Counted from the first letter of the stretch, positions 27,271 through 43,135 are shown. The stretch is DNA of 64,000 nucleotides from Octopus vulgaris (GCA_951406725.2 OX597817.1:134912001-134976000), one strand, 5' to 3'. Notes: generated by a model not told the origin, from the letters alone. A program made the numbers and translations.

Positions 27271-28137
27271 AATTAAACACAAACTTAACCAGTTTCGCAT
27301 CGGATTTCCAAAATGCTAAACGTGGGGCAGTGTCGCAAATTACGTCTTTTCTGGCAGTTCTTGAAAAAAAAAAATCATTTATCTGTATAGAAAGAATATG
27401 GTTCATAATGTTGTACTGGTGTATGTAAGAGTAGAGGGGTGCATTTTTTGGTATAAAATCATAGTTTGGTTTGGGGCAAGATAGCGGCAGTGATATTGTT
27501 ACTGATCGTTGCTAGAGTTGTGAAAGAGGTGATTGAAGATGGCGGCGATGGTGGTTTTACATGGTATTGCATCAGTTCATCTGTTGGCGATGTTGATGCT
27601 GTTGCCTTTAGCAGTGGACTTGTTGGCAATTATATTTTGACAGCCATTGTTGTTGTTACTGTTGCTGCTGCAGCTGCACTTTGACAGGTTTTTGTTGTTG
27701 TTGATTTAAATACTGCCCGCTATGGCGGAAGTAGCGTGGATGGTTGTGTTGTTGATTGGAAAAAAGCGATGCTTTGGAATGTTAAAAGGAATGGAGTTCT
27801 TCAAAATTATCTCCCACTCCTCCCCCTCTCGCTGATTCGTCCACAAAGAACTGCGCCATATTTCAGATTGAATGCCGTTATTTTATATTTATTTTTTTTT
27901 TTGTCTTATATTTTTTAAAAGAAGTTGTCGAAAATGTTTTCAAATTGTAATACCAGGGGACGAGAAACAGAACAATTAAAATGCCCTCTGGAGTTTTTGT
28001 TGACTCCGCAACTATAATGGAAAACAAAACTCCCCAACAAATCAGTAAATGAGCAAATAACAGACAAACATTCAATACACTCACCGACCACTTGTAAATC
28101 GGGTCTTAAGAGGACAACAGCAACAATAACAACAACA

Positions 28138-28208
<71 letters not shown>

Positions 28209-28244
28209 CAACAACAACAACAACAATAATAATAATAATAATAA

Positions 28245-28650
28245 TAAAATGCCCTGATGCAGTACCAGATACTGGCTCTCATGGCTTCTGATCTTAACCG
28301 ATTGGAAGTGTTATCATGTACATTGTTTTGTCTTGGTATAAAAGATGGGCTGCAACAAATATTGCGCTCAATACCACAGATTTGCTTGTCAGTTGTTTGA
28401 CCGTAACCAGTTGAGCATGTCCCTTAGTGGCTGATGATAAATGCATCTCTGATCACGAGTAGAAGTAGTGGAGAGCGTCATAGCTGTGTGTTGAAAGGAA
28501 TTCTTTGGGGTTTGGATAATTTATCTTCGGAAACATGGGTGTTTCGTTCAACATCCTTAAACAAACCTTATTCAGGGACCTGAAGCAAATTCTAACTGGA
28601 CCCCCCCAGCTGCAAGGTCATGCGCTGCTAATCTTGATATTAAATGATAA
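28245..28650 (+). mobile_element. Interspersed repeat related to 5640-6100, between (AAT)n and (TAG)n
   Basis: Inverted homology to 5800-6000. Confidence 0.65.
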
Positions 28651-28658
28651 TATCGCGC

Positions 28659-28982
<324 letters not shown>

Positions 28983-29099
28983 AGAAGAAGAAGAAGATGA
29001 AGAAGAAGAAGAAGAAGAAGAAGAAGAAGAAGAAGAAGAAGAAGAAGAAGAAGAAGAAGAAGAAGAAGAAGAAGAACAACAACAACAACAACAACAACA

Positions 29100-32000
29100 A
29101 CCTTATGTGCTTATAGCACGGCCCTTGACACCAACCATGGAAATACCCGCTAGAACCCGTGTGGTTCGAAGAACGTGTTCATCAGTGAGCTTAGGTTCTG
29201 ATACCGAGCTCGAAAAGCCTTTAAATCAGGACCAACCTCCTCAAGATCCTGTAGCAAATGAAATGAGGGATATTCCCGAAACTGACGCTCAGGTTCCACT
29301 ACCAAACCTATCTCAAAGAAATAGAAATGCAAGACAGAAATGGACCAAGGAGGAATATATCGATGCTTATTATCATTCAGCACTAAACCCAGAAACACCA
29401 ACCACACAAAAAGAGACCTGTAATATCTGGAGATGCAAAAAGCCGCATAGCAGCGATTCAGTCATACTGAGAAGCATTATGGAGCAAAACAAACAAGAAC
29501 ACAAAATGCTCAGTGGATTAATAGGGAAAAGGAAAGGAAGAACGCAATAGAACAACATATATGGCCCACCATCACAGGCCAAGAGAGCACGGACACACTG
29601 AGAAAGACTAGCAACTGGAAAACCCTGGGGATAGATAAGGTCCCCAACTTCTGGTTAAAACACCGGTATCCATAACCACTTAGCAGCAGCGTTCAACGTG
29701 TATTGATAAGTGATCCAGAATCAACAGCAAACTGGATGCTGGAAGGGCAAACCACCCTAACTCCCCCAAAAACAAAGACACCGTACACCCACAAAATTAC
29801 AGACCAATCACGTGCCTATGAAACATCCTACAAAACAGTAACATCTATAATCGACTGGAAAAGAACAATATCTTACCAGAAGAACAAAAAGGGTGCCGGA
29901 GAGGGATGTATGGCTGTAAAGAGCAACTTCTGGTAAACCGAGCAATTATAGAGGAATGTAAGAGGAGAAAGACACACCTGAACATGACTTGGAATGATTA
30001 TCAGAAAACATTCGACAGTGTTCCACACACATGGATACTGGAGTCTTTCCACTCAAATAAGTTAGCCCTAACACTACTAAAATATATTAAACACGCAATG
30101 GCAAATTGGAAAACCAGTTTAACATAAAAAAATGACTCACAAGTTATAAAAGCCTAACCTATACCCATAAGAAGAGGGATTTTCCAATGAGACTCACTGT
30201 CACCCCTGCATTTCTGCCTTTTTCTAACCCCAATAACAAACTTGTTAAACGAAACCAGCATATGTTATAAGTGCTACGGACAAAGACATAAACCATGTAC
30301 CTGGATGACCTACAGTTTTACGCTAAAAGCATCATGGAACAGAGAAACCATTTCAAGAATGTTCAGAGTTTCAGTAATGACATCGGGATGAGCATGGGAC
30401 TGGGTAAACGTGACGAAGTCACACTGAGAAGAGGCAAATTATTCAGCACTGGAAACATTGCACTCGACATAGGCACAGAAATTAGAGAATTAAAACACAA
30501 CCGCCCATACAAATATCTAGGGATTCAGGAGATAGCTAATATTACAACACACACAAATGAAAGAGAAAATTAGGAGAGAATATTACAGAAGAGTTAGACT
30601 AATATCAAACACTGAACTTAATACTAAAAATAAAATAAGAGGGAGAAACAAGCTAGTCATACCAGTCATAAATAACAGCTATAACGTAATAAACTAGAAG
30701 GTCAGTGAATTGAGAGACGTAGATAGAAAAACCCTAAAACTACTAACTGCGCACCGAAGTTACCACCTCAAAGCAGACGCAGACAGAACATATCTACCCT
30801 GATCTGAAGGAGGCATTGGCCTTATACACATAGAAAACTACTATAAAATAACAACAGTTGGACTAGGCAAAGTACTTAGAAACAAAGAGGGAAAGACTAC
30901 TGCATGCAGTAAAGCAACATGAGTTAGAGAAATCGAAAAAGAAAATCAAAGTGGCAACAAAATACAAAACAGACAACATCGCAGAAATGGTAAAAGACAA
31001 AAAACACATGAAAACTGAATTACAGAAAGTACTGAAGAAGAAATGGAGAGAAAATCGTACGCTGCAAGGTTTGACAGAGAGGAAGTGAACCTAAGTAAAA
31101 GCTAACAATGGCTCAAAATCTCTGGACTAAAAGCCGAAACGGAAGGAATGATTCTCGTTGCACAGAAACTAATGCCTGGCTACAAACAATTATAAAAACA
31201 AAATAATGAAAACAGGCCTCAGCACCAAATGCCGAATGTACAGCCAGTACAATGAGGCAAATGACCACATCATCTCGGGCTGCCCAATCCTTCCCAAGTC
31301 TGAAAATTGAGCAGTTACATCGACTGGACAATATCCCAACATTACCACACCAAAACTGACAGCAGGTGGTATAAGCATGAGCCAAGCAAGGTACAGGACA
31401 GCGACCAGGCCACAATCATCCGGGATAAACCGGTTCAAACCGACAAAGAAATAAAAGATAATCCAATCATAACAGTCAAGGACTGGGGGGAAAAAACTCC
31501 TGCTTACTGATAGACATTGCAGTCCCTTCTGATCGAAATATTGTCAAAAAAGAAGTGAAGAAATTGTCCAAGTACAAAGACCCCTAAATACTTTTCTACT
31601 CTAGGCACAAGGCCCGAAATGTTTTGGGGGAGGGGGTCAGTCGATTAGATCGACTCCACTACGTAACTCGTACTTAATTTATCGACCCCGAAAGGATGAA
31701 AGGCAACGTCGATCTCGGCGGAATTTGAACTCAGAACATAAAGAGAGACGAACTACCTATTTCTATTTCTTTGCTACCCACAAGGGGCTAAGCACCGAGA
31801 GGACAAACAATGACAGGTAAACGGATTAAGTCGATTTTATCGACCCCAGTGCGTAACTGGTACTTATTTAATCGACCCCGAAAGGATGAAAGGCAAAGTT
31901 GACCTCGGCGGTATTTGAACTCAAATCATAGCGGCAGACGAAATACTGCTAAGCATTTCGCCCGGTCTGCTAACGTTTCTGCCAGCTCGCTGCCTTACCA

Positions 32001-32200
32001 AGACCTCGAAATTGAAGTATTCAAAACGCGGGGCAGAAAGTAAAGACAACAGCAATAATAATTTGTTGGAACGCTGGACATGATGAAAACTCGTATGAAA
32101 AAAGATGTAAAAGCTATACCTGGATCTTCAAGAGTACATACTGTCCAAAAGATAGTCCTACTATCAATCCAATAACAGAACCTAAACAAAACAACTCACA
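29100..32200 (+). mobile_element. Near-full-length decayed RLE-type (R4/Dong-like) non-LTR retrotransposon
   Basis: N-terminal QKWTKEE; RT segments [51 protein letters not shown] and YLDDLQFY; knuckle CRM..EANDHIISGCPIL; nuclease LIDIAVPSDRNI..KLSKYKD. Interrupted by a SINE. Confidence 0.9.
31585..31995 (-). mobile_element. SINE family C (dimeric) inserted into the LINE nuclease domain
   Basis: Flanked by an imperfect duplication TACAAAGACC / TACCAAGACC; the LINE frame resumes as YQDLEIEV. Confidence 0.85.
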
Positions 32201-32521
32201 AATACAAGACACACTCAATAGAGCATTTACCCAGTGAAATAAACTCCCACCAGCAAGCTAGAAAACCAACGCAGTACACATGCAACACACACTACAGGAA
32301 GTAACACAACAAATGACAATACCACATCTCAAAGGGAAAAATGCTAACACAATACAGAACTGGGAAAGAGTTCGCATACTCCCAACAGCAGGAAAGAACA
32401 CACAATGCTGCGCACATACCAGCAACACGGAGGTGTGGCAGGTGATGCAGTAGAAATTTGCCTCAGTCTACCAAATAATAGCAATAATAGCAATAACAAC
32501 AACAACAACAAAAACAACAAC

Positions 32522-32590
<69 letters not shown>

Positions 32591-33683
32591 GATGATGATG
32601 ATGATGATGATTTAATATACATCCCCTTCACCGGAAAGATGGAAGGAATAATTGACTACAGCGGGATTTGAACTTAGGGCCCAAAGTACCGGAAGAAATG
32701 ACGGTAGTAGTAGTAGTAGTAGTAGTAGTCCTGAAAACAAAAATTGAGATTAAATTTCATAAAATTTCTTCTTTTGAAAAAACCATTCTTCATAAACAAT
32801 AAACAAGAAAATTCTTCAGAACTGGTCCAAGACGGCAGAGCCTGATTTCCATTTCGTTTCTTTTCGTATTTTTTTTCATTTAGTCAGTTTGTTTTTTTTG
32901 CATTTTTGAAAAAAAATAAGAAAAATACATTTACTTTGAACAATATAGATTCTACTTAAAACCTCTACAGAAAGGCCTTGACTATTTTTTTCGGTTTTTT
33001 TCTTAAGTCTCAGATCTGTTTGTGTACGTGCGTGCGTGTGTATGTCTGTGAGTGTGCCTGCGCGCGCGCATGTTACTTTTGATATTATTTTCGAACGAGG
33101 AGGAAGGATAATGCTGCTATTTTTACCTATTTATTTATATATTTATTTAGATTTTTTCCCCTTTCTTGTGTGATTTCTGAACACACCAGATTTATCTCAT
33201 TATATAAGATGTCCCTCCGAGGCATTTTATCTATTTTCAAAAACAAAAGGAATCCAAATGTAGCTGTAAAACATAAAAAACAAACAAGACTCTGATAAAC
33301 AAAATGGTGGAATCTCCCAGCATTTCTTTATGTATGTATTTATGTATTTATTTAGTTATTTCTGTATTTATTGGTTAAGGATACTCGTACACTATAACAA
33401 ATCGAAGTTGATGGATATAAAAAAAAATACGATAACAACACAAGACAAACCACTACAATCAAGCGAAATATGGTAGCTGGACTTAGACAGTTTATTTCCT
33501 TTCTTCATGCCGCCATCTTGTTTATTAGGACGCTTTATTTATGTTTTTGTTCTTTTTCTGATTCTTATAAATTTGTCGCTCTTTTTGTTATTTTATAAAT
33601 ACGACGAATGACGACAATAGCTACTACCAGTACTAGTACTAATATCGCTACTACCAGTACTACTACTACTATTATCGTCATCG

Positions 33684-34100
33684 TAGGCGCAGGCGTGGCT
33701 CTGTGGTAAGAAGCTTGCTTCGCAACCACATGGTTCCAGGTTTAGTTCGACTGCGTGGCACCTTGGGAAAGTGTCTTCTACTCTAACCTCGAGTCGACCA
33801 AAGCCTTGTGAGTGGATTTGGTAGACGGAAACTGAAAGAAGCCCGATGTATATATGTGCATACATATATTCTGTGTGTGTGTATGCGTATGTGTGTGCAC
33901 GTGTTTGTACCTGTGTTTGTCCCCCACCACCGCTTGACAACCAATGTTGGCGTGTTGACATTCTTCGCGGTTCGGTAAAAGAGAATTATAAAATAATTAA
34001 CATAATTAACTACTGCAGTTTATTCATTTGACTAAAAAATGTTGTAGGCCGATGCTCCAGCATGGCTGCAGTCTAATGATGGAAACAAGTAACAGATAAA
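33684..34100 (+). mobile_element. SINE family A
   Basis: AGGCGCAGGCGTGGCTCTGTGGTAAG head; matches 2147-2553. Confidence 0.85.
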
Positions 34101-34119
34101 TACCATTATGAGCAATAAA

Positions 34120-34320
34120 GCGAGGAGGTGATGGAATCGGTAGAAAACCGAGCAAAATGTTGAGCAGCATTTCATCCGTCTTTCCATTCTGAGTTCAAAC
34201 TTTGCCTTCCACTGTTTCAGGTTCGAGAAAATAAATATCAGTTAGGCATTGGTGACGGGGTTGCATTGGAATCGACTAACTTACTCCTGCTAATACTGCT
34301 GGCCTTGTGCCAAAATATGA
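34120..34320 (+). mobile_element. SINE family C (old copy)
   Basis: TTCTGAGTTCAAA...TTTGCCTT motif. Confidence 0.6.
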
Positions 34321-34569
34321 AGCTATTCTTCTTCTTATTATTATCATTATTATTTTCATTATCATCTCTTTTCAATTCTGTTTCCATTTCTTGCCGAGTG
34401 TCTTCCTGACACCTAGGGCAGGGGAACGCACTGTATAAATTCGTAAGCCGTTCAAATAAACACACCAAATCGTTCATTTAAAAAGTCATCTGATAAAGAA
34501 AAAGGAGAAGAAAGACAGAGAGAAAAATTTTGAAAAACAAATAAAGAAAATAAAAGGGAAAACGGGAAA

Positions 34570-35462
34570 GAAAATTCACATCGAAAATGCTTTTCGCAAT
34601 ACGTGTGACGAACCAGTTAAGACACTTCCTGCACGGATGCCAAGCCAGGGATCATTCTTAAATAATTTTCAGTTCCTTTTTTTTTATCATTCCAAGTGCT
34701 CCTACAATCACTGGTATTGTAACCGTCTTGAGATGCCACATTTTTCGATTTCAATCAGCAAATCTTGATATTTTCTGAGCTTATCAAATTCTTTTGCCGA
34801 CATATTATGGTCACATGGTATGCTCATGTCAATCAATAAACAGACTTTATTGTTTTGGTCTTTCACAACAATATCTGGTTTATTTGCCTTGATGGGATGG
34901 TCCAACCTGTACATACTGGGAAGTCCCAAAGAATAGCTACATTTTCTCTCTCAGTTAGTCACAGAGTGGTGCTTGTACCATTTGTCAGCAGGTTTGATTT
35001 TATAATACCGACTCATTATCCAGTGTAGATATTGGCCAACTCTGTCATGTTTTGATTTGTACTCTAGAGGTGCTAAAACCTTACACCCAGAGATTAGGTA
35101 GTCCACTGTTTCTATCCCATCGTTGCAGTGTTGGCATTGTTCATCACATTTGCTTGATAGTTCCGGGTCAATAAGCTCTGATCTTGGGCAGCCAAGATAA
35201 AGCCTTCACTCTCTGCATTTGGCCCAGAGCTCCGTAGCCACTGATAGGTGTGCTTCTGTCTACATCAGCATGTTTGCTACGGACCACATATTTGTCATGC
35301 AAAGGGTTTTGTTCTCACCTACCAGCCAATTGTTCAAGGCGCATTTTGCTTTGCTATTGACTTGACCTTCTTTGCAACTACAGTTCCTGCACTTCCCTCA
35401 TGTTGTTCAACCTGGGTATTATGCATAAACTCACTTGAAAATATTTTGCTCTCCTCCATAGT
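34570..35462 (-). mobile_element. RLE-type LINE 3' fragment
   Basis: ESEGFILAAQDQSL, CQHCNDGIETVDYLISGCKVL and IKANKPDIVVKDQNNKVCLLIDMSIP. The truncation point abuts (CTT)n(ATT)n. Confidence 0.88.
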
Positions 35463-35470
35463 TTCTTCTT

Positions 35471-35554
<84 letters not shown>

Positions 35555-35556
35555 GT

Positions 35557-35940
35557 GGAGGCGCAATGGTCCAGTGGTTAGGGCAGCGGACTCGCGGTCA
35601 TAGGATCGCGGTTTCGATTCCCACACCGGGCGTTGTGAGTGTTTTTTGAGCGAAAACACCTAAAAGCTCCACGAGGCTCCGGCAGGGGATGGTGGTGATC
35701 CCTGCTGTACTCTTTCACCACAACTTTCTCTCACTCTTACTTCCTGTTTCTGTTGTACCTGTATTTCAAGGGGCCGGCCTTGTCACTCTCTGTGTCACGC
35801 TGAATATCCCCGAGAACTACGTTAAGGGTGAACGTGTCTGTGGAGTGCTCAGCCACTTACACGTTAATTTCACGAGCAGGCTGTTCCGTTGATTCGGATC
35901 AACCGGAACCCTCATCGTCGTAACCGACGGAGTGCTTCCA
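35557..35940 (+). mobile_element. SINE family B (young, tRNA-Arg-like head)
   Basis: GGCGCAATGGTCCAGTGGTTAGGGCAGCGGACTCGCGG...GGTTTCGATTCCC with clear A and B boxes. Inserted in (ATT)n and near-identical to 48750-49108. Confidence 0.9.
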
Positions 35941-35942
35941 TC

Positions 35943-35997
<55 letters not shown>

Positions 35998-36034
35998 GTT
36001 GTTGTTGTTATTGTTGTTGTTGTTGTTGTTGTTG

Positions 36035-36746
<712 letters not shown>

Positions 36747-37128
36747 CATTATTATTATTATGATTGCTATACATTTTGGTTTCAAATTTAAGCATAATGG
36801 CAGTAATTGTGGGTGGATAGTGTCAGTCTATATTAACCCCAGTAATTAAACTGCTACCGAATTTTATCCCGAAAGGTCGAGAAACGAAACTGGTCACGAT
36901 AGGAAAAGATTTATGCTCGATTTGACTGGTTATTTATCATTCTAACGTAATCGATTATCGAAGCGTACTTAATGAAATATTAAGAATATCAAAACTTGGT
37001 TTCTATTTCGTGTTCAATTCAATTACAGAGAGATTGAGAGATAGATAGATACATACAAACACACACTTATATACATTACTACATATATGTATATACATAG
37101 GCATATTATATATACATATATATGTGTG

Positions 37129-37191
<63 letters not shown>

Positions 37192-37213
37192 GTCTGTATA
37201 TATATATGTATGC

Positions 37214-37264
<51 letters not shown>

Positions 37265-37379
37265 TAGATAGATAGATAGAAATAGATATATATATATGTA
37301 TGTATGTACATATATATGGAAATATATATACATATATGTATATATATGCATAGATACATATATATGTGTGTGTGTCTGT

Positions 37380-37427
<48 letters not shown>

Positions 37428-37490
37428 TGGCAGTAGTAGTAATAGTAGTAGTATTGGTGGAATTAATAATTTAATGCATCACTACGCGCC

Positions 37491-37525
<35 letters not shown>

Positions 37526-37604
37526 GTACATATATATGGAAAAATATATACATATATATATGCATAGATACATATATATATATATGTGTGTGTTGTAGTA
37601 GTAA

Positions 37605-37641
<37 letters not shown>

Positions 37642-38410
37642 CCATTGGTGAAATTTATTGATAATTTAACGCACCACTACGCGCGTTTCAACGAGTCACA
37701 TGTTTCTTATGACCATAGTCTGTATTACCAGGGTGATTACATTAGAATCCGCTATATCCATTGGCACCATGTGGGTTTAAGTTCATGCGTTTCTTTCTGG
37801 AGACGATATGGTATTAAATTTCGAAGTAACGAATGTTTTAACTGAAGCAACTTTATGACATTTCATCAGTGAAATGGTTCATTGAGTTATATATTTGGTA
37901 GGGAAGAACTGAAGGTGATGTAGAGAGAGAAAGGAATGGTAATAAGAAAGGAGAAGGGGGAGTGTGTGGCGAAACTAGATTTGTTTTGATAAATTGTGTG
38001 TGCACATGTTGGAATGGGTAGAAATATATCGTTAGTTTGAGCTTAGTCACAGTATATGATTTTAATATGTTATATCATTGCACCACCGGATGTCATTAAA
38101 AAGACCCTTTAAGGGCGCCTGATTTGTTAAATCAGATAATGAACTCTAACACCGAAAAGAAGTTTTCTTCCTGACCTTACACCATCAAAATTCATTGAGG
38201 AAGTGCACGTTCGGCAAGTATTTCTACTATAGCCTCGGCCCACACAAAGCCTTGTGAGTGGATTTGGTAAACGGAAACTGAAAGAAGCCGGTTGGGTACA
38301 AATATAAATATAAAAATATGATTTTTGGGTATGTATATATGTATATATATATATATATATATGGAAAAAAAGTCAAGATAGAAAATGCTAAAATAATTTT
38401 ATAAAAAACA

Positions 38411-38453
38411 TTTCAGTACCGGTTTCAGTCATTGAGACTTTTTCAACTGTAAC
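38411..38453 (-). ncRNA. Minimal hammerhead ribozyme, U3:A8 core variant
   Basis: Minus strand: TTACAG-TTGAAAA-AGTC-TCAAT-GACT-GAAA-CCGG-TA-CTGAAA. Confidence 0.65.
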
Positions 38454-38637
38454 AATTAATTAATTAAATTTAGAAAAATAAAAAGAAAAGAAGTGGAAAT
38501 TTCCTTGTTTCTGCCTGTCTCTGTCTTTCTTGTTTACTCTTGTGGGTTCCAGGTCGTTGTGAATTCTTGGTAGGGAAGAAGAAGAAGAAGAAGAAGAAGA
38601 AGAAGAAGAAGAAGAAGAAGAAGAAGAAGAAGAAGAA

Positions 38638-38669
<32 letters not shown>

Positions 38670-38753
38670 AGAAGAAGAATGAGTGCGGCTATGCTGGAGC
38701 AGCGCCTTCAGTAGTAGTATTGAATGGCCAGCTGCATTACCCCGCAGATGACC

Positions 38754-38822
<69 letters not shown>

Positions 38823-38824
38823 CA

Positions 38825-39012
38825 TTATTCTTTTATTCGTTTATTTGTTTCAATCATTTGACTGCGGCTATGCTGGAGCAGCGCCTTCAGTCGAACAAAT
38901 CGGCCCCAGGAGTTATTCTTTCTCAGCCTAGTACTTATTCTATCGGTTTCTATTGCTGAACCACTAAGGTACGGGGACCTCCACGTAACCTAGCGGTTCA
39001 CACAAACATGCA

Positions 39013-39045
<33 letters not shown>

Positions 39046-39078
39046 ATGCATATATATATATATATATATGTGTGTGTG

Positions 39079-39149
<71 letters not shown>

Positions 39150-39300
39150 GACGAGCTTCTTTCAGTTTCCGTCTACCTAATCCACTCACAAGGATTTGGT
39201 CAACCCAAGGCTATAGTACAATGCACTTGTCCAAGGTGCCAAGCAGTGAGACTGAACCCGATTGGTAAGCTAGCTACTTACCACACAGCCACTCCTGCGC
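38825..39300 (-). mobile_element. SINE family A
   Basis: Reverse-complement match to 2147-2553. Confidence 0.85.
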
Positions 39301-39302
39301 AT

Positions 39303-39403
<101 letters not shown>

Positions 39404-39456
39404 TATGTACACATATATACATATATATATATACATACATGTACATGCACACATAC

Positions 39457-39515
<59 letters not shown>

Positions 39516-39769
39516 TGTGTGTATGTATGTATGTATGTATACAGATTTGATATTATTCTATTAAGCCACAATGACTCAGACACATAAATCACATGTTTAT
39601 AAAATGGTGTCTTTATATATTTTACGATTGAAACCTAAACGCAGTTTTGTAAGTGACATGGCGACCATAACCCGAAATGTCGCCCATTCACACTTGCACA
39701 GGATTTATGGAAGAGATTTCTATTGAACTTTTGTCTGTTGATGAATCCATATTCTTTGGAAGATAGGTA

Positions 39770-39771
39770 GG

Positions 39772-39836
<65 letters not shown>

Positions 39837-40805
39837 ATTGTTGTTGGGCACGGTGATAACAATGATGGTGATCATCGTCAGCAACCTGATAATCATGATG
39901 TTGACGATGATGATGATGATGATGATGATGATATTGATGGTGATGATATTTATGGTTGTGGTGGTGATGGTGATTATAATGATGATGATGATGATGATCA
40001 CGAGCACGAGGACGTGGCTGCACATGATTATCACGACAATGTTGATGATGAGGGGGGGGGGAGAAGAAGGTGAAGGAGGATGATAATGGCGACGACGAAG
40101 ATGAGAACGACGGCCACCACGTCGAGGGTGAAGGAGACGTTGATAATAGTCGAAGATGCTAACAGTTGCTGTTGGCACCCATTATCAAAGGGAGACTGAA
40201 TTTTGCGCAGACCTGCCTTTACTGTTGAAGAGGGCGGAGGAGGCGGAGGAGGCGGAGGAGGCAATGCTGGTGGTCGTGTGGTGGTGGTGGTGGTGGTGGT
40301 GGTGAAGGCGGTGGTGGTGGTGGTGGAGGCGGCGGTGGTGGTGATGGTGGTGGTTGTCGCTTTGTGATAATGTTGATGGTGGTTGTGGTGGTTTGGGGGT
40401 GAGGTAACGTTGAAGATAAGGATGATGACGATCACTACCAGCACGACCATACTGATGATAATGATGATGGCAACAATGACGACGACGGCAATGATGATGA
40501 TGATGATGATGATGATAAGCGCGACGACAGTTCTCCTAGGTGCTGCTCCTGGTGCTGTTCAAGGGAAATACGAAACACACAGCAAAAGACACAACGTCTA
40601 ATACACACCCACATACAGTTACGTGGTTTCAGGCTAATTTTAAAACTCACGCAGTCACCATCATCATCACTATCATCACCATCATCGTCATCATCATCAC
40701 CATCATTATCATAATCACCATCATCGTCATCATCATCGTCATCATCATCATCATAATCATCATCATCATCATCATCATCATTATCATCATCATTATCATC
40801 ATCCA
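39770..40805. repeat. Compound trinucleotide region ((GTT)n, (GAT)n, (GGT)n, (CAT)n)
   Basis: Directly visible. Confidence 0.9.
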
Positions 40806-40819
40806 TCCATTGTACTTTT

Positions 40820-41140
40820 CATAATCGGTTGTTGTCCGCCATCGAGAAATTAACTGAAGCCTTTTGTGGGATAAGGATTGCTCGATGGTATTTGAACTCA
40901 GAACGGAGGGAAGCCAGCCCAGACCACCAAGATGTCGTCCTGCCTGACATTTTTCTTACAATTTTGCCAATCTATTACTGGATGGTGGCGGGGTTGGGTT
41001 TTCTTTTCTTTTTTCCTTGCTTGATGTCTCCGGAAAAATGAAAGGCAAAGTTGACCGCGGCGAGATTCGAACTCAGGATGAAGAAAGGTGGAACAAATAG
41101 CACAAAACATCCTGGCCAAATGTGCCAATTCACCGCCATA
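40820..41140 (-). mobile_element. SINE family C fragments
   Basis: ATGAAAGGCAAAGTTGACC.CGGCG...TTCGAACTCAG. Confidence 0.65.
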
Positions 41141-41360
41141 AAACATGCGTAGACAGACACACAGACATATTGACACAAACGTACATCGACACACATAGAT
41201 ATACAGGTACACACACACACACAGAGACACACATACACATACAGACACACACAGCGGTACATCGAGACAAACACGCAAACACACACACACATACAGTCTG
41301 AGAAACGGCTACGCATACACATTCAAAATAACGCATATGCATACAGCTACAGATACACAT

Positions 41361-41790
41361 ACACATTTACACACACGTAAACAGACGCACACGCACATGC
41401 CTACGTACGCACATATACAGACACAATGATACAGTCACACATACACACACACATGCACACACATTTATAGACAAACATACACACGCTAAAAAGCATTCAC
41501 ACATACAACGACACAGTCCCCTATATATACACACACAGAAACATATACATACAAAGACACCGTCACACACACACACACACAGGGACACATACACATTTAT
41601 ACACACATAAACATACGCACACGCACATGCCTACGTACGCACAATGATACAGTCACACATACACACACATGCACACACATTTATAGACAAACATACACAC
41701 GCTAAAAAGCATTCACACATACAACGACACAGTCCCCTATATATACACACACAGAAACATACATACAAAGACACCGTCACACATACACGT
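41361..41790. repeat. Tandem duplication (about 230 bp) of a degenerate CA-rich tract
   Basis: GCTAAAAAGCATTCACACATACAACGACACAGTCCCCTAT and its flanks occur twice (about 41485 and 41701). Confidence 0.9.
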
Positions 41791-42672
41791 CCACACACAA
41801 ATACACACACACACACATCGACACAGTACACATATACAGGCACACACACACACACACACACATACATGCATACACACATACATCATCTGCATATATCTCT
41901 GAAGGCATGTCTGTTGCAAGAAGAGAAAATGTCAAGACCTTTCCCTCTCATGACCTTCCATAACTTAATGATGGCTGACCTTTTCCATCATGTCTTCTTC
42001 TTCGTTGGCTAGTTTACATTCTGGACGAACACCTTCACAACACTCCCTCTCTCCCTCTTTCTCTCTCTCTCTCCCTCTCTCGGTCACTCGCTCGAATTTA
42101 CTCTCCCTTTCTCTCATTCTCGTTCACTTGTCATTCCCTTCTTTCATTCCCACCTTCTTGCTTTCGATGTTTCATTTCTTATTTTACACAGTTTCTTTCA
42201 CTGGATGTTATTATTTTCATCCCAAAATTCCCCTCGGGCAAAATAGTTAATTTTTCATTTTATATATTCAATGTGTATCTACATACATGCATACAAAGGT
42301 GTGTGTGTGTGTATATATATTATATATATATGAATGTGCGGCATTCATATATGAATGTGCGGCATATGAATGTGCGGCATAAACCCGTAAGCACAACAGA
42401 AAACTAAGACCTGTGTGTTGGAATTGTGTTTTCATTCCGTGTGTGTGTGTATGTGTGTGTGTGTATGTGTGTATGTGTGTGCATGTGTGTGTGTATGTGT
42501 GTGTGTGTTTTCTAATTATAAGATCCGGCAGAGATATAAGCATTGTGAGGTATAGTAATATTTGCTGGAAATAAGCGAACAGGTTAGCAATTAGTTTAAA
42601 TTTGTTCTCACCAATTCTTTATTCCAGATTTAATCTAGCTTAGCAATCAAGTATGAGGAATTATGCATACAG

Positions 42673-42722
<50 letters not shown>

Positions 42723-42842
42723 ACTCTCTCTCTCTCTTTCTCTCTCATTCTCTCTTTCTATCTCTCTCTGTCACACTGGCTTTCTCTGTCTCTCTGTATA
42801 TACATACATATATATATAAATATATGCGCATACATATACACA

Positions 42843-42902
<60 letters not shown>

Positions 42903-42914
42903 TACACACATATA

Positions 42915-43135
42915 ATCTTTTAATCTTTTACTTGTTTCAGTCATTTGACTGCGGCCATGCTGGAGCACCGCCTTTAATCGAGCAACTCGACCCCAGGACT
43001 TATTCTTTTGTAAGCCCAGTACTTATTCTATCGGTCTCTTTTGCCGAACCGCTAAGTAACGGGGACATAAACACACCAGCATCGGTTGTCAAGCAATGCT
43101 AGGGGGACAAACACAGACACACAAACACACACACG

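Noticed and set aside
27400-27850. Codon-like stretch suggesting a host exon
   Set aside because: All frames are interrupted; it looks like degenerate trinucleotide or UTR-type sequence.
33505-33525. GCCGCCATCTTG YY1-like motif suggesting a promoter
   Set aside because: A single short motif with no identifiable gene or transcript support.
35557-35635. tRNA gene
   Set aside because: It is the tRNA-derived head of a multi-copy SINE and continues into the SINE body.
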